The position numbers and the translations under genes are program-made. Positions 1-12,001 of a stretch of 64,000 nt of DNA are shown one piece after another. Below the pieces are notes generated by a model. The model saw only the letters and a program-made list of their open reading frames with translations, made no database searches and had not been told where the DNA came from. Source of the DNA: Cyanidioschyzon merolae (taxonomy: Eukaryota); the NCBI GenBank assembly GCA_000091205.1, contig AP006499.2; one strand, given 5' to 3'. How positions within the stretch are numbered: the stretch's first letter is position 1; each line of letters opens with the position of its first letter.

Positions 1-1274
1 GTTCATACCTATGGCAAGCTCAAATCACGCCTACTTCAAGTTTTCGATCTTTCGATGTCAACACAGCTCGTGGACGCTGCAATGCATATCGCTGGATTGA
101 TGGGGAAAGAAACTTGACGTTGCTCCTTGACGATTTGTTCACAAGCGCAAGCCGAGAATTCACTGAACTTTTCACGTCATATCATTGATTCCGTTCCAAC
201 GCAAAAGCTTCCGCTCTTTGCGTCGATCGACGAAGCGGTGCTTGACATCAGCATGATACCTCTAAGGGAATATGCGTTTACGGGGGCTCCTGTCCCTTCT
301 GTTTGCAGGAAACAAGGTCGTGGACGCGGACATGCGTCGCAGCCACGATCACTCCCATTCGAGCGTTCACCGGTGCGTTGCGCGAAGTCAGTGTAGACGG
401 ATTGGAATTTCTGAACCTCTGCAGCGTGGAGCTTGCTTTTGTACTCGTTCGATCCTGGATAACATTGCGTTCCACAAATCCTGTCTCGTATGCAACAACG
501 TGCGCTTGTGCATGTACTCTACCGAGTACTCGTAGCAGGAATCGCGTGGGAGAAGCCCCCGTATCGTTAGGATCGGCACCCGGCGCTCATACGGAGGCGA
601 GTATCCAGGGAAACTGTCAGTATCCGTCAAGGATGTGTACCGAGCGATGAATCAGGCGTTCAAGATCTGCAGTGCAGCCTACGGAGAACGAGGTGTTGTA
701 GTCTTCTGAGAACACCTAACCATACGCAAGTGTCACAGCTTCGAAACGGCACATCGAGGCTGTGTGCAAACTCGAAGTTGAACACAGCCAGCGATGCGTC
801 AATCGCAACCTGTGCCTATGCATGAAATTCTCGGACAATAGCCGGAAGCAGAGAAATCGAAACCTTAACGCTTCCACCAATCTGCTTTTACAGCTGGCAA
901 CAGAGCTGGTGGAAAAGAAGACACCGGCGTCATTAAAGCCAGAGACGAGCGAGATGGAGAAGAAGCATTCGCAGAAACAAACCCACAAAGAGCACTATTC
1001 ATAACTGGAACATGAGCCCCAGACGTTACTGCCCCAAGTCCGAGTACTCGAACGAGTCCCGGTTGATACTGGCACAGGTGCGAAATGCGCTCGAACGCCG
1101 AGCTTCACCGGAAGCGCAGCTTTCGCGCAGCTGCGGCTGCAACACTGACAACCTCGTAGCTCCTCCACTGGACTGGTTAGTAGCAGCTTCGGGAACGGGA
1201 GCGAGTGCTTTGCGCTACTTCCTTGTGTGTGTGTATGATCTCCGAGGCCTACCAAGACACCAGGGTCTGAAAAC

Positions 1275-2192
1275 ATGCACTCGAACTTAATCGTTGCGGT
1301 GGCACTCTCGACTGCAGCTGGTCTATCGACTGCGCTTGGAGGCCTTGCGGTCGTTCTGCTACCGGGCGCGAAGAGTGCTTCGGGTGAGCACAGGCTGGGG
1401 CGTTGGCAGGGCACCACTGCGGGGTTTATGGTTGGCCTCAGTTTCTTTGATCTGCTGCCGGAAGTATATCGAGCCCGGAATCAACTGCCACTGCCTTCGT
1501 CGGTGCTATGTTTTGTGCTCGGTGCACTGGTGTTTGCGCTGCTGGAGCGGCTGGTTCCAGAGCCTTTCACGGAAACAGAGGCGAGCTTGGCCGCCCCGGA
1601 CGGCATCGGTATTCGCTCGTATTCATCAGCTGAAACGCCGAGTGCGAGGCGTGGACCGTCCTGTGCGCCAAGTTTGAAAGCAGGCTTCAACGCCGAGCGC
1701 CACCGCCAAGGCACCAGAGCTGTGGCACTTCGCTCGGCGCTGCTGACGACGCTGAGCCTCGCGCTGCACAATCTCCCGGAAGGCATGGCTGTTGCGGCCT
1801 CAGCATTGAGCGGAGGACTCCGGTTGGGGTTGCCTCTGGCTATCGGTATTGCCCTGCATAACGCACCGGAGGGATGTGCGATAGCGGCGCCTGTGTACGC
1901 TGCCACGAACTCGCGCATCCAGGCCGTAACCTGGGCGTTGATCGCAGGCCTCGTAGAGCCACTGGGCGTCTTCTTCTTGATATGGTTCCGGCTTAACCGC
2001 AGGGCTTTGACGGGACTGTTGGCAGGAGTCGCTGGCATCATGACCATGCTGTCCTGTACCGAGCTGCTGCCCCAAGCGCTCCGTATGAATGAGCAGCGGC
2101 CTGGCGTCGTATTCAGTGAATTCGCTTTCGGCATGCTCCTGATGCTTGGTCTGCTTTCCGTGGTCCGATGGTCATTTGGTGTCGAACTGTGA
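1275..2192 (+). CDS. ZIP-family (ZupT-like) divalent metal/zinc transporter, 305 aa
   Basis: ATG at 1275. Multi-pass hydrophobic protein with the two signature ZIP motifs LHNLPEGMAVAAS and LHNAPEGCAIAAP (HNxPEG) inside Gly/Ala-rich TM helices. The ORF is uninterrupted. Confidence 0.85.
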   Translation: MHSNLIVAVALSTAAGLSTALGGLAVVLLPGAKSASGEHRLGRWQGTTAGFMVGLSFFDLLPEVYRARNQLPLPSSVLCFVLGALVFALLERLVPEPFTETEASLAAPDGIGIRSYSSAETPSARRGPSCAPSLKAGFNAERHRQGTRAVALRSALLTTLSLALHNLPEGMAVAASALSGGLRLGLPLAIGIALHNAPEGCAIAAPVYAATNSRIQAVTWALIAGLVEPLGVFFLIWFRLNRRALTGLLAGVAGIMTMLSCTELLPQALRMNEQRPGVVFSEFAFGMLLMLGLLSVVRWSFGVEL

Positions 2193-4542
2193 AGACGGTG
2201 TCTGCGAGAGCACTGTAGAAGCTCACACTGGCACGTTTTGGCCGGAGCTCTCCAGACGATAACAGAGAGCATTGCTCCGAGGGAAGCACCTATGTGCGTC
2301 TCGATATGCGGCGTCCATCCAAGGCCGCAGTCTTCAGATTCTCAAGCGCTCCTGAGTTGCCTTACGAGGAAGCGAAATACTGGCACTTCTATCGTTGGTG
2401 TTTGCGAAGACCAGCGGCGGCACGAAACTTCCAAATGATTGTGACGCGATACAGAAGGCGAAGCTCGGTAATCCCTCGATCTATGAAGACGAAGTGTGCT
2501 GCGTTAGCATGGAGCGCATGGTGTTCCCAGAGTCCGATAAGACAACTTCCTGGATTTTTTTCTGATCTGAATGACACTGCGTCTCAGGGTAGTAGCTGGT
2601 GTCGTGCTTTCGATGTCATCCATTGCGTCTTGTACCTAAAGCGCGCTGTGAAAGCGCTAACACACAATTGATGCTTCTGGCGGTAACGTGCCTGGTGGAA
2701 TTGCTGTGAAGGCTTCCCCTGGAAAACATATCCGCGGGGAAAATCTTCCGAGTGGTGAGATGCAGGACTCCATTTGGCATCACGTAGCTTCTTACTCGAA
2801 AAAGCCGCATCGAGTTTCACGGGACTCGACGCAGCTCAATAAGCGACTCTACATTTGAGGAGCGGACGCAAGACTTCCAGCTGTCTACATTTCCATGGGA
2901 CTTTTCGATCAAACCTTTGTGCGTCGATGCAGCCAATGCACGGGACAGAAGACGTCATTCAGCCTGATGAAAAGGTCAGCGTGTTGCACATACGGGTGCC
3001 AGCATACTTCGATGCGTGGCTGCACCACCTCTTCCACAGAAACGTCTAGATCGCTGGCGCCAACGAGCGTTAGACACAGCTCACAAACCAAAACAATATG
3101 CGGGTCAATCTTGGGCGCTTCACGAAGTGCACCTCATGGGCGCCGTATTTTCTATTTACTGCCCCGAACAAGTGGGGATTGATGGAACGCGTTCCTGAAC
3201 CTGGTGATGCAAGGAAATGGCGAGTTGATGGTAGCCGAAGACGACAACATGGTGGCGAGTTCGAAAGCGATACCCCAACGAGATCGGGAGTCGCCTTGGA
3301 TCGTCGATGCTGACCGTGCATCGCTCGGCCTTGGAGCTGAGAAGCTCTCATTCAAAAGATGGTGAGATCGTGATGCTTCGCTTCCGGGAATCTTGCGTCA
3401 ATGCGTTCTGTGAAACAGAAACCGCCGCCCCAGAGCAAAAGCAGACGCGCTCTTCGAATCCGCGCGTCATCACGCTCCTCGAGCATCCATTCGATCCAGT
3501 TCTCATGTGTCAGATCAAGTCCGACGATATCGCCGTAGACACTTCTGTGCTCCACGGGGTAGTGCTGCTCGGCTTCCTCAGTGAGCTTCAGTTGATCTCT
3601 GCGAGCGAGTACGATGCAGTCAACCAACGTGAGGAGTAGTATCGGTTGTTGCCGTTCAGGGTTTCACGTTTACACGCGGGAAATCGAAAGCAGTCCACGG
3701 GTACGATGCGGCCCGCTGGCATATCCATCGAGATGCACTTTGTGAAACCTAGGTCCGAGTCAAGCGGCAAGACTCATTTGCATCTATGCGACATAAAAGA
3801 ATTGGAAGACCTTGTAGCGGGGCGTGGATCTCGGATTCAAATGCGTTATGGCCTTCGCCATTCCGCCAAATCAGGAGAACGGAGCCAAAGACCTGGACTG
3901 AAACTAGACGATGATGCTGCACAGCTTTTTTTCGTCGACAATGATCGAGACTTGGATATGCTGGACACCAGGACGCCCACCTCGATGCGCTGAACGCCGA
4001 ATCGAGTCCAGGGTGATGCCCAAGAAGCTGCATTCGGAGCGTGCATGAGCATCCCAAATGGATCACGCGGACGGCATCTTTATTTTCTTGGAAGGAATAC
4101 ATGGGAGTGCGCTGGCGTCGCCAACGTTTTCAATTGCACGGAGGAAACAAGCGTACGTTCGCCAACTTGTCCCATGAACTGGAAAAGGGACTAGCAAACA
4201 TGCCGCATCGTCTTGGGTTCGCCGCTGACGCTGGACGTATTGTGTTGCGCACGGGCTGCATACCTGCATCTTCGTTAGAGCATCCATCAAGTCCAGAAAT
4301 CGATTCTGTTGGATTTTCGTGAATGCGTTCAGGACGAGGTACACGCATCACAAACGCAGGTACACGCGGACACACTCAGAGAAGTAGAGCATGAAACAGA
4401 GCTGAATGCACGAGATGGTGTCCGGTACGCTGCCCGAACGTCGGCTGGCGAGGCAATCGAGGCTGTGCAGTTCGCCACGACATGAGTCTAACAGCGACAG
4501 CGCGCACAAGAAGTTCGCATGCACCGACCCTTGAACACCTCG

Positions 4543-4738
4543 ATGAAGACCCGTCAATGTGCACTGCCTCGGGAGCGTCCGACCGCTGGATGTCGAGCGA
4601 ACTTGCCAATGAATCGTTTCGTACGCAGCATGGGCGTTAATCAAGTCCCGTCAATGTGCACTGCCTCGGGAGCGCCCGGCCGCTGGATGTCGAGCGAACT
4701 TGCCAATGAATCGTTTCGTACGCAGTATGGGCGTTATG
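4543..4738. repeat. local tandem duplication, 2 x ~98 bp (tgaagacccgtcaatgtgcactgcctcgggagcg...gggcgtta)
   Basis: A near-identical 98-bp block is repeated head-to-tail in the intergenic region between the ZIP gene and RPLP0. The short ORFs 4519..4872 and 4700..4960 reflect this duplication rather than coding sequence. Confidence 0.8.
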
Positions 4739-5105
4739 CTGAAAAACCTGAGACGTCCAACAAAGAAAAATCACCGGCCAGGAACGCGGACATTGGATTC
4801 CCCCGCCTGGAGACCAAGGCACTGGTACGGTACAATCAGCGATCCAGTAAAGCTATGGTGCCGTATACCTAGCGTGGAAACGATTTTACTGCGCAGCTGG
4901 TATACGATAATGGTGTCCCATTATGCGAAGCTGCCGCTTCCGAGTTACGAAAGCCAGTAGCAGCTACGACGCTGGGAAATGGATCCATTCTCTGGAAGCG
5001 TGCTGTCGCCCGCGTTCTCGATTCGGATTTGATGACAGAACATCGTTCGCAGCGGAGCGCGCTTTGCTTGTCAACGCTGGCGCGTGACTTTTACGACGAC
5101 CAAGT

Positions 5106-6077
5106 TTAGTCGAATAGACCAAAGCCGAGATCCTCATCGGACTCCTCTGCCGCCTCCTTCGTTTCGGCCGCTCCGGACGCGGCGGCAGTGTCCTCGGCAG
5201 ATGCCGTGCCAGCTGCCCCAGCTGCACCAATACTAGCGGCGGCGACCAATTCCTCCAGTTTGCTCGGATCTGAAAGGAGCTCTCGCAGCGATCGCGACTG
5301 CGGCATGTCGTAGTCGGCGGCGATACTCGCCGCAACGAGGTCCTTGGCGGCGCGCACCAGCAAGTGGGGAACAGCCGGCGCGGTCAGGTAGCCTGTTGCG
5401 AGTGAAATCGCCGCTATGGTGTCGACAGCTTCTCGGACTTTGTTCCGCAGATCGTCCGGAGTTATGTCGAGAACCGAGGGTTCATACATCGCGCCTTCTT
5501 CATAAATTTGTCGAATCTTCATGCCGTAGGTGAACGGCTCGATGCCCATTCTTTGTAACAGAGCAACTGCTGACGCACTAACCCGCTCATTCTGCTTGAT
5601 CACTTGCACGTCCGACACAATGCAGATCGAGCCGCGCTCTATCTTCGTTGGAATCGAAAGAGCCTGGAAGAATGAGGTCATGTCTGGGGGCATACCTGTC
5701 GGCCCGGCAGGCACGAACACATCGCACTGAGCAATCTGACCCGCCTTCGCAGGCGCTGGCACCTTGTTTCTTAGGATGCAGTCTCGAACTTCACGAAGGT
5801 CACCACGAGTGAAAACAAAGCTGACATTCCCTCGTAACGCATGGAGCACTTTCTCGAGTGCAGGCTTCCGACTGACCCGATCTTTCAGCGTTTTCCGAAT
5901 CACAGTGTTCTTGCCGCATAAGATGACGGAGTCGAGTGCTCGAAGCTCTCGACGGGCGTCTTGAAGTTGCTTCGATCCAACGTTGTCGATCTCAACGACT
6001 AGAATTTTGTCGTAGGTATCGAAGAGTTGCCCGGCTTTTACGATGTAGGCCCCTTTGCGTTCCTGTTTCGAAGGCAT
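5106..6077 (-). CDS. RPLP0: 60S acidic ribosomal stalk protein P0 (uL10), 323 aa
   Basis: ATG on the reverse strand at 6075-6077. The product is collinear with eukaryotic P0 and carries the diagnostic acidic stalk C-terminus EESDEDLGFGLFD. Continuous ORF. Confidence 0.92.
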   Translation of the reverse strand: MPSKQERKGAYIVKAGQLFDTYDKILVVEIDNVGSKQLQDARRELRALDSVILCGKNTVIRKTLKDRVSRKPALEKVLHALRGNVSFVFTRGDLREVRDCILRNKVPAPAKAGQIAQCDVFVPAGPTGMPPDMTSFFQALSIPTKIERGSICIVSDVQVIKQNERVSASAVALLQRMGIEPFTYGMKIRQIYEEGAMYEPSVLDITPDDLRNKVREAVDTIAAISLATGYLTAPAVPHLLVRAAKDLVAASIAADYDMPQSRSLRELLSDPSKLEELVAAASIGAAGAAGTASAEDTAAASGAAETKEAAEESDEDLGFGLFD

Positions 6078-6493
6078 TGCACGCCTCGGAGTAAGGCTAG
6101 GACGCGGTTATCTGAACTTGTCACCGTATTCGATAAACGCTCACGCAGAGTGCCGCCCTCGTGAGTAACGAAGAAAGCCGCCAAGGCAGAAGCGAGCGCC
6201 ACAGGCTACGCGTGGGTCTACAGCGTCCCCGAATGAGCGGGGTGGTGTGTGGGCCGCAGCGACGTGCGACGTCGCGCCGTCCAGCCGAACAAAGTCTACA
6301 ATCATTGTATATAATGGGAAGGAAAGGACATGAGCACCGAAAGCGCAGAGCTGTGCGCGATCGCTGTGACGCGAGCGCGCCGATCTGTCGACAGTCGTTC
6401 AGCTCGGGTCTGTTTCAGCCCTGCTGCGTGATATCGAATGCTTTTTCGCAGTGTATAGCCGGAGATCGAAATCACGTTGCAGTGAACCACATA

Positions 6494-7822
6494 CAATGTA
6501 GGCATCTCGCGTATAGGACATATTCTTTACTGAAGATCGCAACGAGGATTGCATTCCTCGTTCGGGTCAGTTATATCGCTGTACTCAGGTGACTGAGGAA
6601 CAATGAAAGACCGCCATCAAAGCGCTCCGCGCCGAAAACCGGTGTTGTCAAAGACTGCCTGCGGCCAGTTGTAGAGAACGACACGTTTATCTTCTTGCGG
6701 AAAGCAGAAGCGACGACAGTCGTCACCGTGGGCGTCTCTGTTGCTCAACAGCCTATTCGTGTGGTCCAGAATACACTGGGTACAGTCCCAATGTAAGTTC
6801 AGGTTCATTCACAGCCATTTTCCACCGAAATAGCGACGACTACGTTGCTGGAACGTCGCGGCCTGTATGACGCACAGGGATTTCGGTTTGTTTTTTTAGT
6901 CGATGAGACTTTCCTCGGATGAGACTGTCAGAGCGTATGTAGAAATTCACGGAGAGCGAGCCTGTAGTATATAGCATGGAACTCGGAGAGAACGAAGACA
7001 TTATCTGTTCCAGCTGCAGTGGATTTATATGGCGGCCTCAGCTTCGCTGATAGGAAAGACTCATCGAACAGCACCAACCACATCGTCGAATCATTGAAGA
7101 CTTTTTCCAGACGTCTGGCGATGTCCTTCTATAGGATGACATTGTATTTCACCATCCGGCTTGCGTTCGAGCTTTCGCCGATTCTACCTGGATAGAGCTG
7201 CTTTTTGAATCCTCCGTAATCTCTATGGACTGACCCCATCGAAGAAGTGTTTTGAATCGGAAAACGTAAAGATCACTCCACTGGGCGATTCGCTGGAGTG
7301 TTCAGGACACGGCGACACACCGGGCTACATTACGTCTTTGTTGCGCAAGTGCTTGCCCCTCCGGAAAAGTCCTCATCCCGGGGCATACAGAAGTGTGTTT
7401 CTTTTGATGAACTAAGAAATCTGAGGGCTGAGCTGAGGCGTGCGCGTCAGAGGGTCGAGATGGAAAAGTGCCAGCGCAGCTCTGAGGACATAGAAAAATA
7501 CGGAGCGCTGACGAGGGACCAAATTGAAAACAGGGCGCAAGTTTGAGAGCTATTCGCATGAGTGTATACAACCAACGGCGGCAAGAAACGCAAAAAGTTC
7601 GTGATCCGAGACTTTAACGCTGCTATGAATACCAGGAGATGTGCGGTACTAAAAACGAGACCCGCGGAAATGACGCGAGCCAACTCCGTGGGAGAACCTC
7701 GCAAGGTCGAACTCTACGCGGAGAAGTCGAAACCTGTCGCAGGGGGCCAGTCCAAAAACGCCGGGATGCACCTGCGAATCGATATTCATTTACCCTGCAC
7801 ACTCGTGAAAACGTTTTGTCAG
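6494..7822 (+). mobile_element. degenerate Tc1/mariner-superfamily DNA transposon relic, copy A (~1.33 kb, the most decayed copy)
   Basis: It aligns at nucleotide level along its whole length with the copies at 40347..41674 and 59168..60506. The left end is gtaggcatctcgcgtataggacatattct and the right end is a subterminal block ...gtcgaaacctgtcgcagggggccagtccaaaaacgcc...cgatattcattt. It retains frame-broken remnants of the transposase, including the C-terminal peptide VEMEKCQRSSEDIEKYG...RDFNAAMNT. Multiple stops and frameshifts make it non-autonomous. Confidence 0.55.
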
Positions 7823-7983
7823 TTTGCGCGCGCACTCGTTCATGGGTATACGCTGATGCGCGCGGATGCGATCACGCTCGCGATGCGCCTCTGAGGCAGC
7901 CTCTGCACTGAATTGTCGGTTGAATCCGTCGACACGCTCTGAAATACGCCGAAAATGCTCTCCTAACCGCGAATCTGAAGCTT

Positions 7984-9474
7984 ATGAGCAGCCATAGTGC
8001 AAAGAGCTTTGATGTGACTGGGTCCAAGTGGGTCCATGTGCGGGGCGTGAGGTCGGGTCGGCGGCTTGAAGCGTCCGAGTGCAGCGTTCCAACTGATTCT
8101 GCGTCGTCACGGGCTCGTAACGTACGAAAGCAAAGACAGCGTGCTGGTTATGTGGATCTCGAGACGTCTCCGTTGACACCAGCAGCTTCAGGTTCCAGAC
8201 GGCAGACGGTTGCTGCTTGTGGCAGTTCTCGGCGGTATCGCCGTTTTATGAACGAATTGTACTTGCGCTTGAGTGCGGTTCATTATGGGAGTGTCGGAGG
8301 CCTCGGCACTGAGGCCTTGGATTCACCGCTGGATACCTGGGAAGTTGGCGTTGAGCGGCCTCCAACGGAAGCGGCGTGGTTGCACGAATTCTGGACAGAT
8401 ATGCGCGAGCGACACGCCGAGTCTCCCCAGATGGAACGGGTACTTCGAGGAATGGGCGACGCATGGCATTTTTGGGAACCGTTTCGTGAATGCACCGAAG
8501 AAGAGGAGAGAATCTTGCTGGACGCCTTGTCTTCGATTCGGAAGAGCGTATCCGCACGCCATCGCTCGGGTGAAGCGCGCACCCCCGAGCCCCCTATCCC
8601 GGGCAGCAGGCAGCATCGCACCGCCAGATCGAATGCGCTCGAGTCGCAGATGAAGGCGTTGCATCTTGGGAATCAACGCGACAATTCGAATGACATCGTT
8701 TGCGAGGTGGAATCTGAAGAAGAAAACTTTGCTGCGGGCATAGCCGGGCACCATCCACATGCGCGGGTTGAAGCAGCAGAGCATGTATTCCCGTTGGACG
8801 AGGATTGCCAAGTTGATCCCGCACCACCCACGTCGCAGCTCGAGATAGCGGACGCAAATGAGGTATCCAGATTGATCTTGGCATTCTTTCGTCTCAGTTA
8901 CGCCACACGAGAGCTTCTGCGCCGCTATTCCAACGATCTCTGGTTGCTCATAGCCCACCATGAATCCATTTTACACGAGCATGGCCTTGTACCGCACCTG
9001 AACCAAAACCACCTTCAGTGGCTCTTGTCTCCGGGTCGCTGTCCACGGTTGTCGAACTCACAGGGTCCAGCAACGGGCCTGCGGCCGACACGGTACGCAG
9101 CTTCGGTCCATGGGCTAGCTGATCCGGGGCCAGACTCGCGAACGTTGACCCTTGAGGCGTCATCACGTCTCCATCGGCGCATCCTGATGGCACTAGCCGC
9201 GTATCATTGTCTCGACTGCGAGCCTGTCCAGCAGTCGAGTTCCAATCTGGCAGATGTGTCCTCTGGTGCTGTGTCCCAGACAGAGACGCACACCAAAAGC
9301 AGACTCCGTCTCGCTTTGAACCAGCATCGTGCTGCCTCTGTGACCGTTCCCCTGGCGCACATTGTCTACCAGCTCAAGTTCTGTGACGCGAGCGTTGACC
9401 GGGCAGTGCGGCGTTGCGTAGAGGCACGAGTGTCTGACGTTTCGGCGCTTCCGCAGACGGCGGTGGGTCAGTAA
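7984..9474 (+). CDS. hypothetical protein, 496 aa, no recognisable domain
   Basis: ATG at 7984, with a 1.49-kb uninterrupted ORF and GC3-rich codon usage like the neighbouring genes. The N-terminal ~90 aa are Arg/Ser-rich, so a later start is possible (e.g. MNELYLRL...). I recognised no motif. Confidence 0.35.
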   Translation: MSSHSAKSFDVTGSKWVHVRGVRSGRRLEASECSVPTDSASSRARNVRKQRQRAGYVDLETSPLTPAASGSRRQTVAACGSSRRYRRFMNELYLRLSAVHYGSVGGLGTEALDSPLDTWEVGVERPPTEAAWLHEFWTDMRERHAESPQMERVLRGMGDAWHFWEPFRECTEEEERILLDALSSIRKSVSARHRSGEARTPEPPIPGSRQHRTARSNALESQMKALHLGNQRDNSNDIVCEVESEEENFAAGIAGHHPHARVEAAEHVFPLDEDCQVDPAPPTSQLEIADANEVSRLILAFFRLSYATRELLRRYSNDLWLLIAHHESILHEHGLVPHLNQNHLQWLLSPGRCPRLSNSQGPATGLRPTRYAASVHGLADPGPDSRTLTLEASSRLHRRILMALAAYHCLDCEPVQQSSSNLADVSSGAVSQTETHTKSRLRLALNQHRAASVTVPLAHIVYQLKFCDASVDRAVRRCVEARVSDVSALPQTAVGQ

Positions 9475-11098
9475 GAAGATCCGCGACGAATTCGCACCAA
9501 TTCAAAGCGTACAATTCAACTTGCACGCATTCGGGCAGCTAGCTAAAGGACAAGTTGCGTGCTTGAGGGCCCGCCTCGTGGATCAGCGGTTTCCATTCGA
9601 GGCGCACCCCGTACTGCTGTTTATCCGTGGAAGCGCTCTTGTCCACCAAATCGAGTGGCTATCAGGTTTCCCTCCTACCCGGATCCTTGCTGTCTTTCAC
9701 TGACCTGCAACGTCCGTGCTTAGGCAAGGAACAGCAGCCCGCGCGAACCCCCAGCAAATCAACACGAGCGCACCTGAACGTGGACACTGCTCTGTACCAG
9801 TCGCTGTCCACGGTGGAAGCACGAGAGGCCGCCCCCAGCTGCTCATCTGGATACCCAGTGCTACCAAACTGCAGTGCAGGTGCTGGGGCACACACAAAAA
9901 GTCTGTCAGCCTCGACACGCCAACAGAGACGCGAAACCGAAGCCGGAAAGTGTGCAAGGTGCCCGTGTGGCACACCTGGCAAGGCGCAAGGACAACGCCG
10001 CCTAAGCGTTTCGAGAACACCACTTCCTAGTTGTTTTTTCAACAAGCGTACCAGCACGGGGTTTGCTTGCACATCAACAACTCGTCCGGGGTTACCCGCC
10101 CCAGCGAGACCTCCAAACCGCTGTCGCCGTTGCCGTGACCCAACCTCCCAAGGCGCACCGGCTGCTCCACTGCGTTGACAACACCGACTCGTCGCTTTGC
10201 AAGCGAGTCGTCGCGCACGCTGCGGGTCAGGTGCAACACGACGTATTGACCCCGGCTTTTTTCTCATTGTTTTCCTGCTTCAACCAAGTGACCGGGTCAC
10301 TGCAAAGCATGACGAATAGGGGCGGTTGGACGGCGAAGGGCTCACAAACAGAAGCACTACGCAGTACGAGAAACGACCACAACAACGACAACGAGCAGCG
10401 TCGGGCGCGCGAAACCTCTCCTTCCAGCGCTGGGACTGGTCAGACCGTGCCGGTTTTTCAGAGCGCACTCGTTGAGCAGCTCATGCGCCAACGCTGGACA
10501 GAGGTGCTCGCACTCTGGCAACGGCAGAGGCAACAGGCAGAGCGACAGGAAGTGGTCGTTTACAGCGACGCAACACCGGCGTGGAAACAGGCCTCCAAGT
10601 CGTTGACGCGGCCACGCTTCCCGGACCTGGTGCAGCAAGGGCTCCAACGTCAGCAGCAAAGCGTCAAGTCACTGGAAGCGGCAGCGTCGCTGACGCCTTG
10701 ACGCGCTGCGGACTGCGTTCGACGACGGTGCTCGTAAAGCGGCTAGTCGACAACGATGACGACACTGGGCAACCGCTGAGGCGACTCGGATACCTAGCGC
10801 CTTTCGCGCTGTAGCACTGACCATGTGTCTGCTTGGAGCGATACCGCTTTGAAGGGAATCGTCTGCTCGTTGAAGTACGCTTCAAACTGGGCTCGGATCG
10901 TGAATGTTCCTTGTCCCGGAGAATCCTCGCTGTCGATGCTAAGCAGCGGTGCCTCGTCTCTGCTGTAGCGGTTGCTGTGTTTCAGCGACGGTCTGCGTCT
11001 CTCGTGCATGGTATGCGATAGCTCTCGCTGTCCATCCGTTGCAACAGTGCCGCGGGTCTACGACTACTGCTGCTACTGCTGCAGATGATATGCTCATC

Positions 11099-12001
11099 TC
11101 ATGCATCCTTCCTGTTCCGTAGATGCCAATCTATGGCGAAAATGCAGCGAGCGAGCTGCTGCACCGCTAGACTGCCGCAAGCGTAGATCGCTCCAATCCA
11201 CAGTGGAATATGACACCAAACTTCAGGATGAGCGTAGTGGTACAGATGGAGCCCATCAATGAGCCAGAGTTCGACGAATGGACCCAGCATCGCGGTGCTT
11301 ATCATGACGCCAAACTCCGCAGCAGTGGAGCTCTCCAGTACCCAGCACTGAACTGGAAGCAAGCTCGATAGTACGAGGGCGATCATAGCCGTACCCAAGT
11401 GTCCGCTGCCGTCTAAATAAGCGCTCAGCCAGTACTGAAAGGTAAATAGCGCCACGCCAGCTGCTGTTCGCACGACGAGTTCTGGGCGAAACGGAGTCTG
11501 GCGGGACTGGAGTCCCAGACGCGCCAGCATCGACCCAGCCACGCCAAAGAGAATCGGTGTCCACCAGGTAAAGCCGACGGCGGTCTGAAAGCCGACGTGA
11601 ACGTTCCAGTTCACTTTGTGGTACTGGAGTGTACCGTAGGTCGTATGAAACGCATCCAACAGCGGTCCATATACGGTGCTCAAGAGCGCTGTCAGAAGCA
11701 CTGCACGATTGGCTGCACTGCCAGTCTCACAGGGTAGAGAAGGCTCAGTGATCAGGGGTGTTCTGAGTCTGAAACTTTTAAAAAACGTTGCATGTCGATG
11801 CTCATCGCTGCAACAGCGCACCAAAGGTACTGTACATCGAACGCTATGTCTCCGAGGCCAGCGCTTGCCCAGGCCTGACCACAGACAAGCCCCGACGCGT
11901 CTCTTTCGGGGGCGAAGCGCTGGCTCTGGTCGACAGACGCAGTCTACTACGAACAGCAGCGTCTCTGGAACTGAGCCTGCAAGCCGGTGCGCGGTGTACA
12001 T
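11099..12001 (-). CDS. INSIG-like (insulin-induced gene family) polytopic ER membrane protein, 300 aa
   Basis: The C-terminal ~200 aa are collinear with INSIG TM helices. [14 protein letters not shown] matches [27 protein letters not shown] matches SAWWVPPCCGTAS, and the helices [31 protein letters not shown] and [17 protein letters not shown] follow in order. The only in-frame ATG upstream of TM1 is at 11999-12001, which gives a 97-aa Arg/Cys-rich N-terminus. The family call needs HMM confirmation. Confidence 0.45.
   Translation of the reverse strand: MYTAHRLAGSVPETLLFVVDCVCRPEPALRPRKRRVGACLWSGLGKRWPRRHSVRCTVPLVRCCSDEHRHATFFKSFRLRTPLITEPSLPCETGSAANRAVLLTALLSTVYGPLLDAFHTTYGTLQYHKVNWNVHVGFQTAVGFTWWTPILFGVAGSMLARLGLQSRQTPFRPELVVRTAAGVALFTFQYWLSAYLDGSGHLGTAMIALVLSSLLPVQCWVLESSTAAEFGVMISTAMLGPFVELWLIDGLHLYHYAHPEVWCHIPLWIGAIYACGSLAVQQLARCIFAIDWHLRNRKDA

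Noticed and set aside
7562-7894. RDFNAAMNT / RDFNGAINI / GDSNVAIEI peptides near the 3' ends of the three repeat copies look like the RDxNAAxNI RuvC-III motif of TnpB/Fanzor (OMEGA) RNA-guided nucleases. In addition, the following non-coding block is more conserved than the rest, which is what a guide-RNA scaffold would look like.
   Set aside because: The same elements carry an unmistakable Tc1/IS630-type HTH (ENDPLSxxxK...VSxxLVRxxLxxxGYSRKK) and the DNAxxH plus PPYSPDLNPIE-like catalytic blocks of DD34D/E transposases, and they are only 1.33 kb long. That size suits Tc1/mariner and is too small for Fanzor. No CxxC...CxxC zinc finger precedes the motif. The conserved 3' block is better explained as subterminal transposase-binding sequence. 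A TnpB/Fanzor origin is therefore unlikely, though an HMM search on a corrected translation would settle it.
11676-11999. 5' extension of the methyltransferase ORF (track start 11676)
   Set aside because: There is no in-frame ATG before 12000 (the track start is a non-ATG codon), and the segment lies antisense to the INSIG-like CDS. The MT domain begins ~55 aa after the 12000 ATG.
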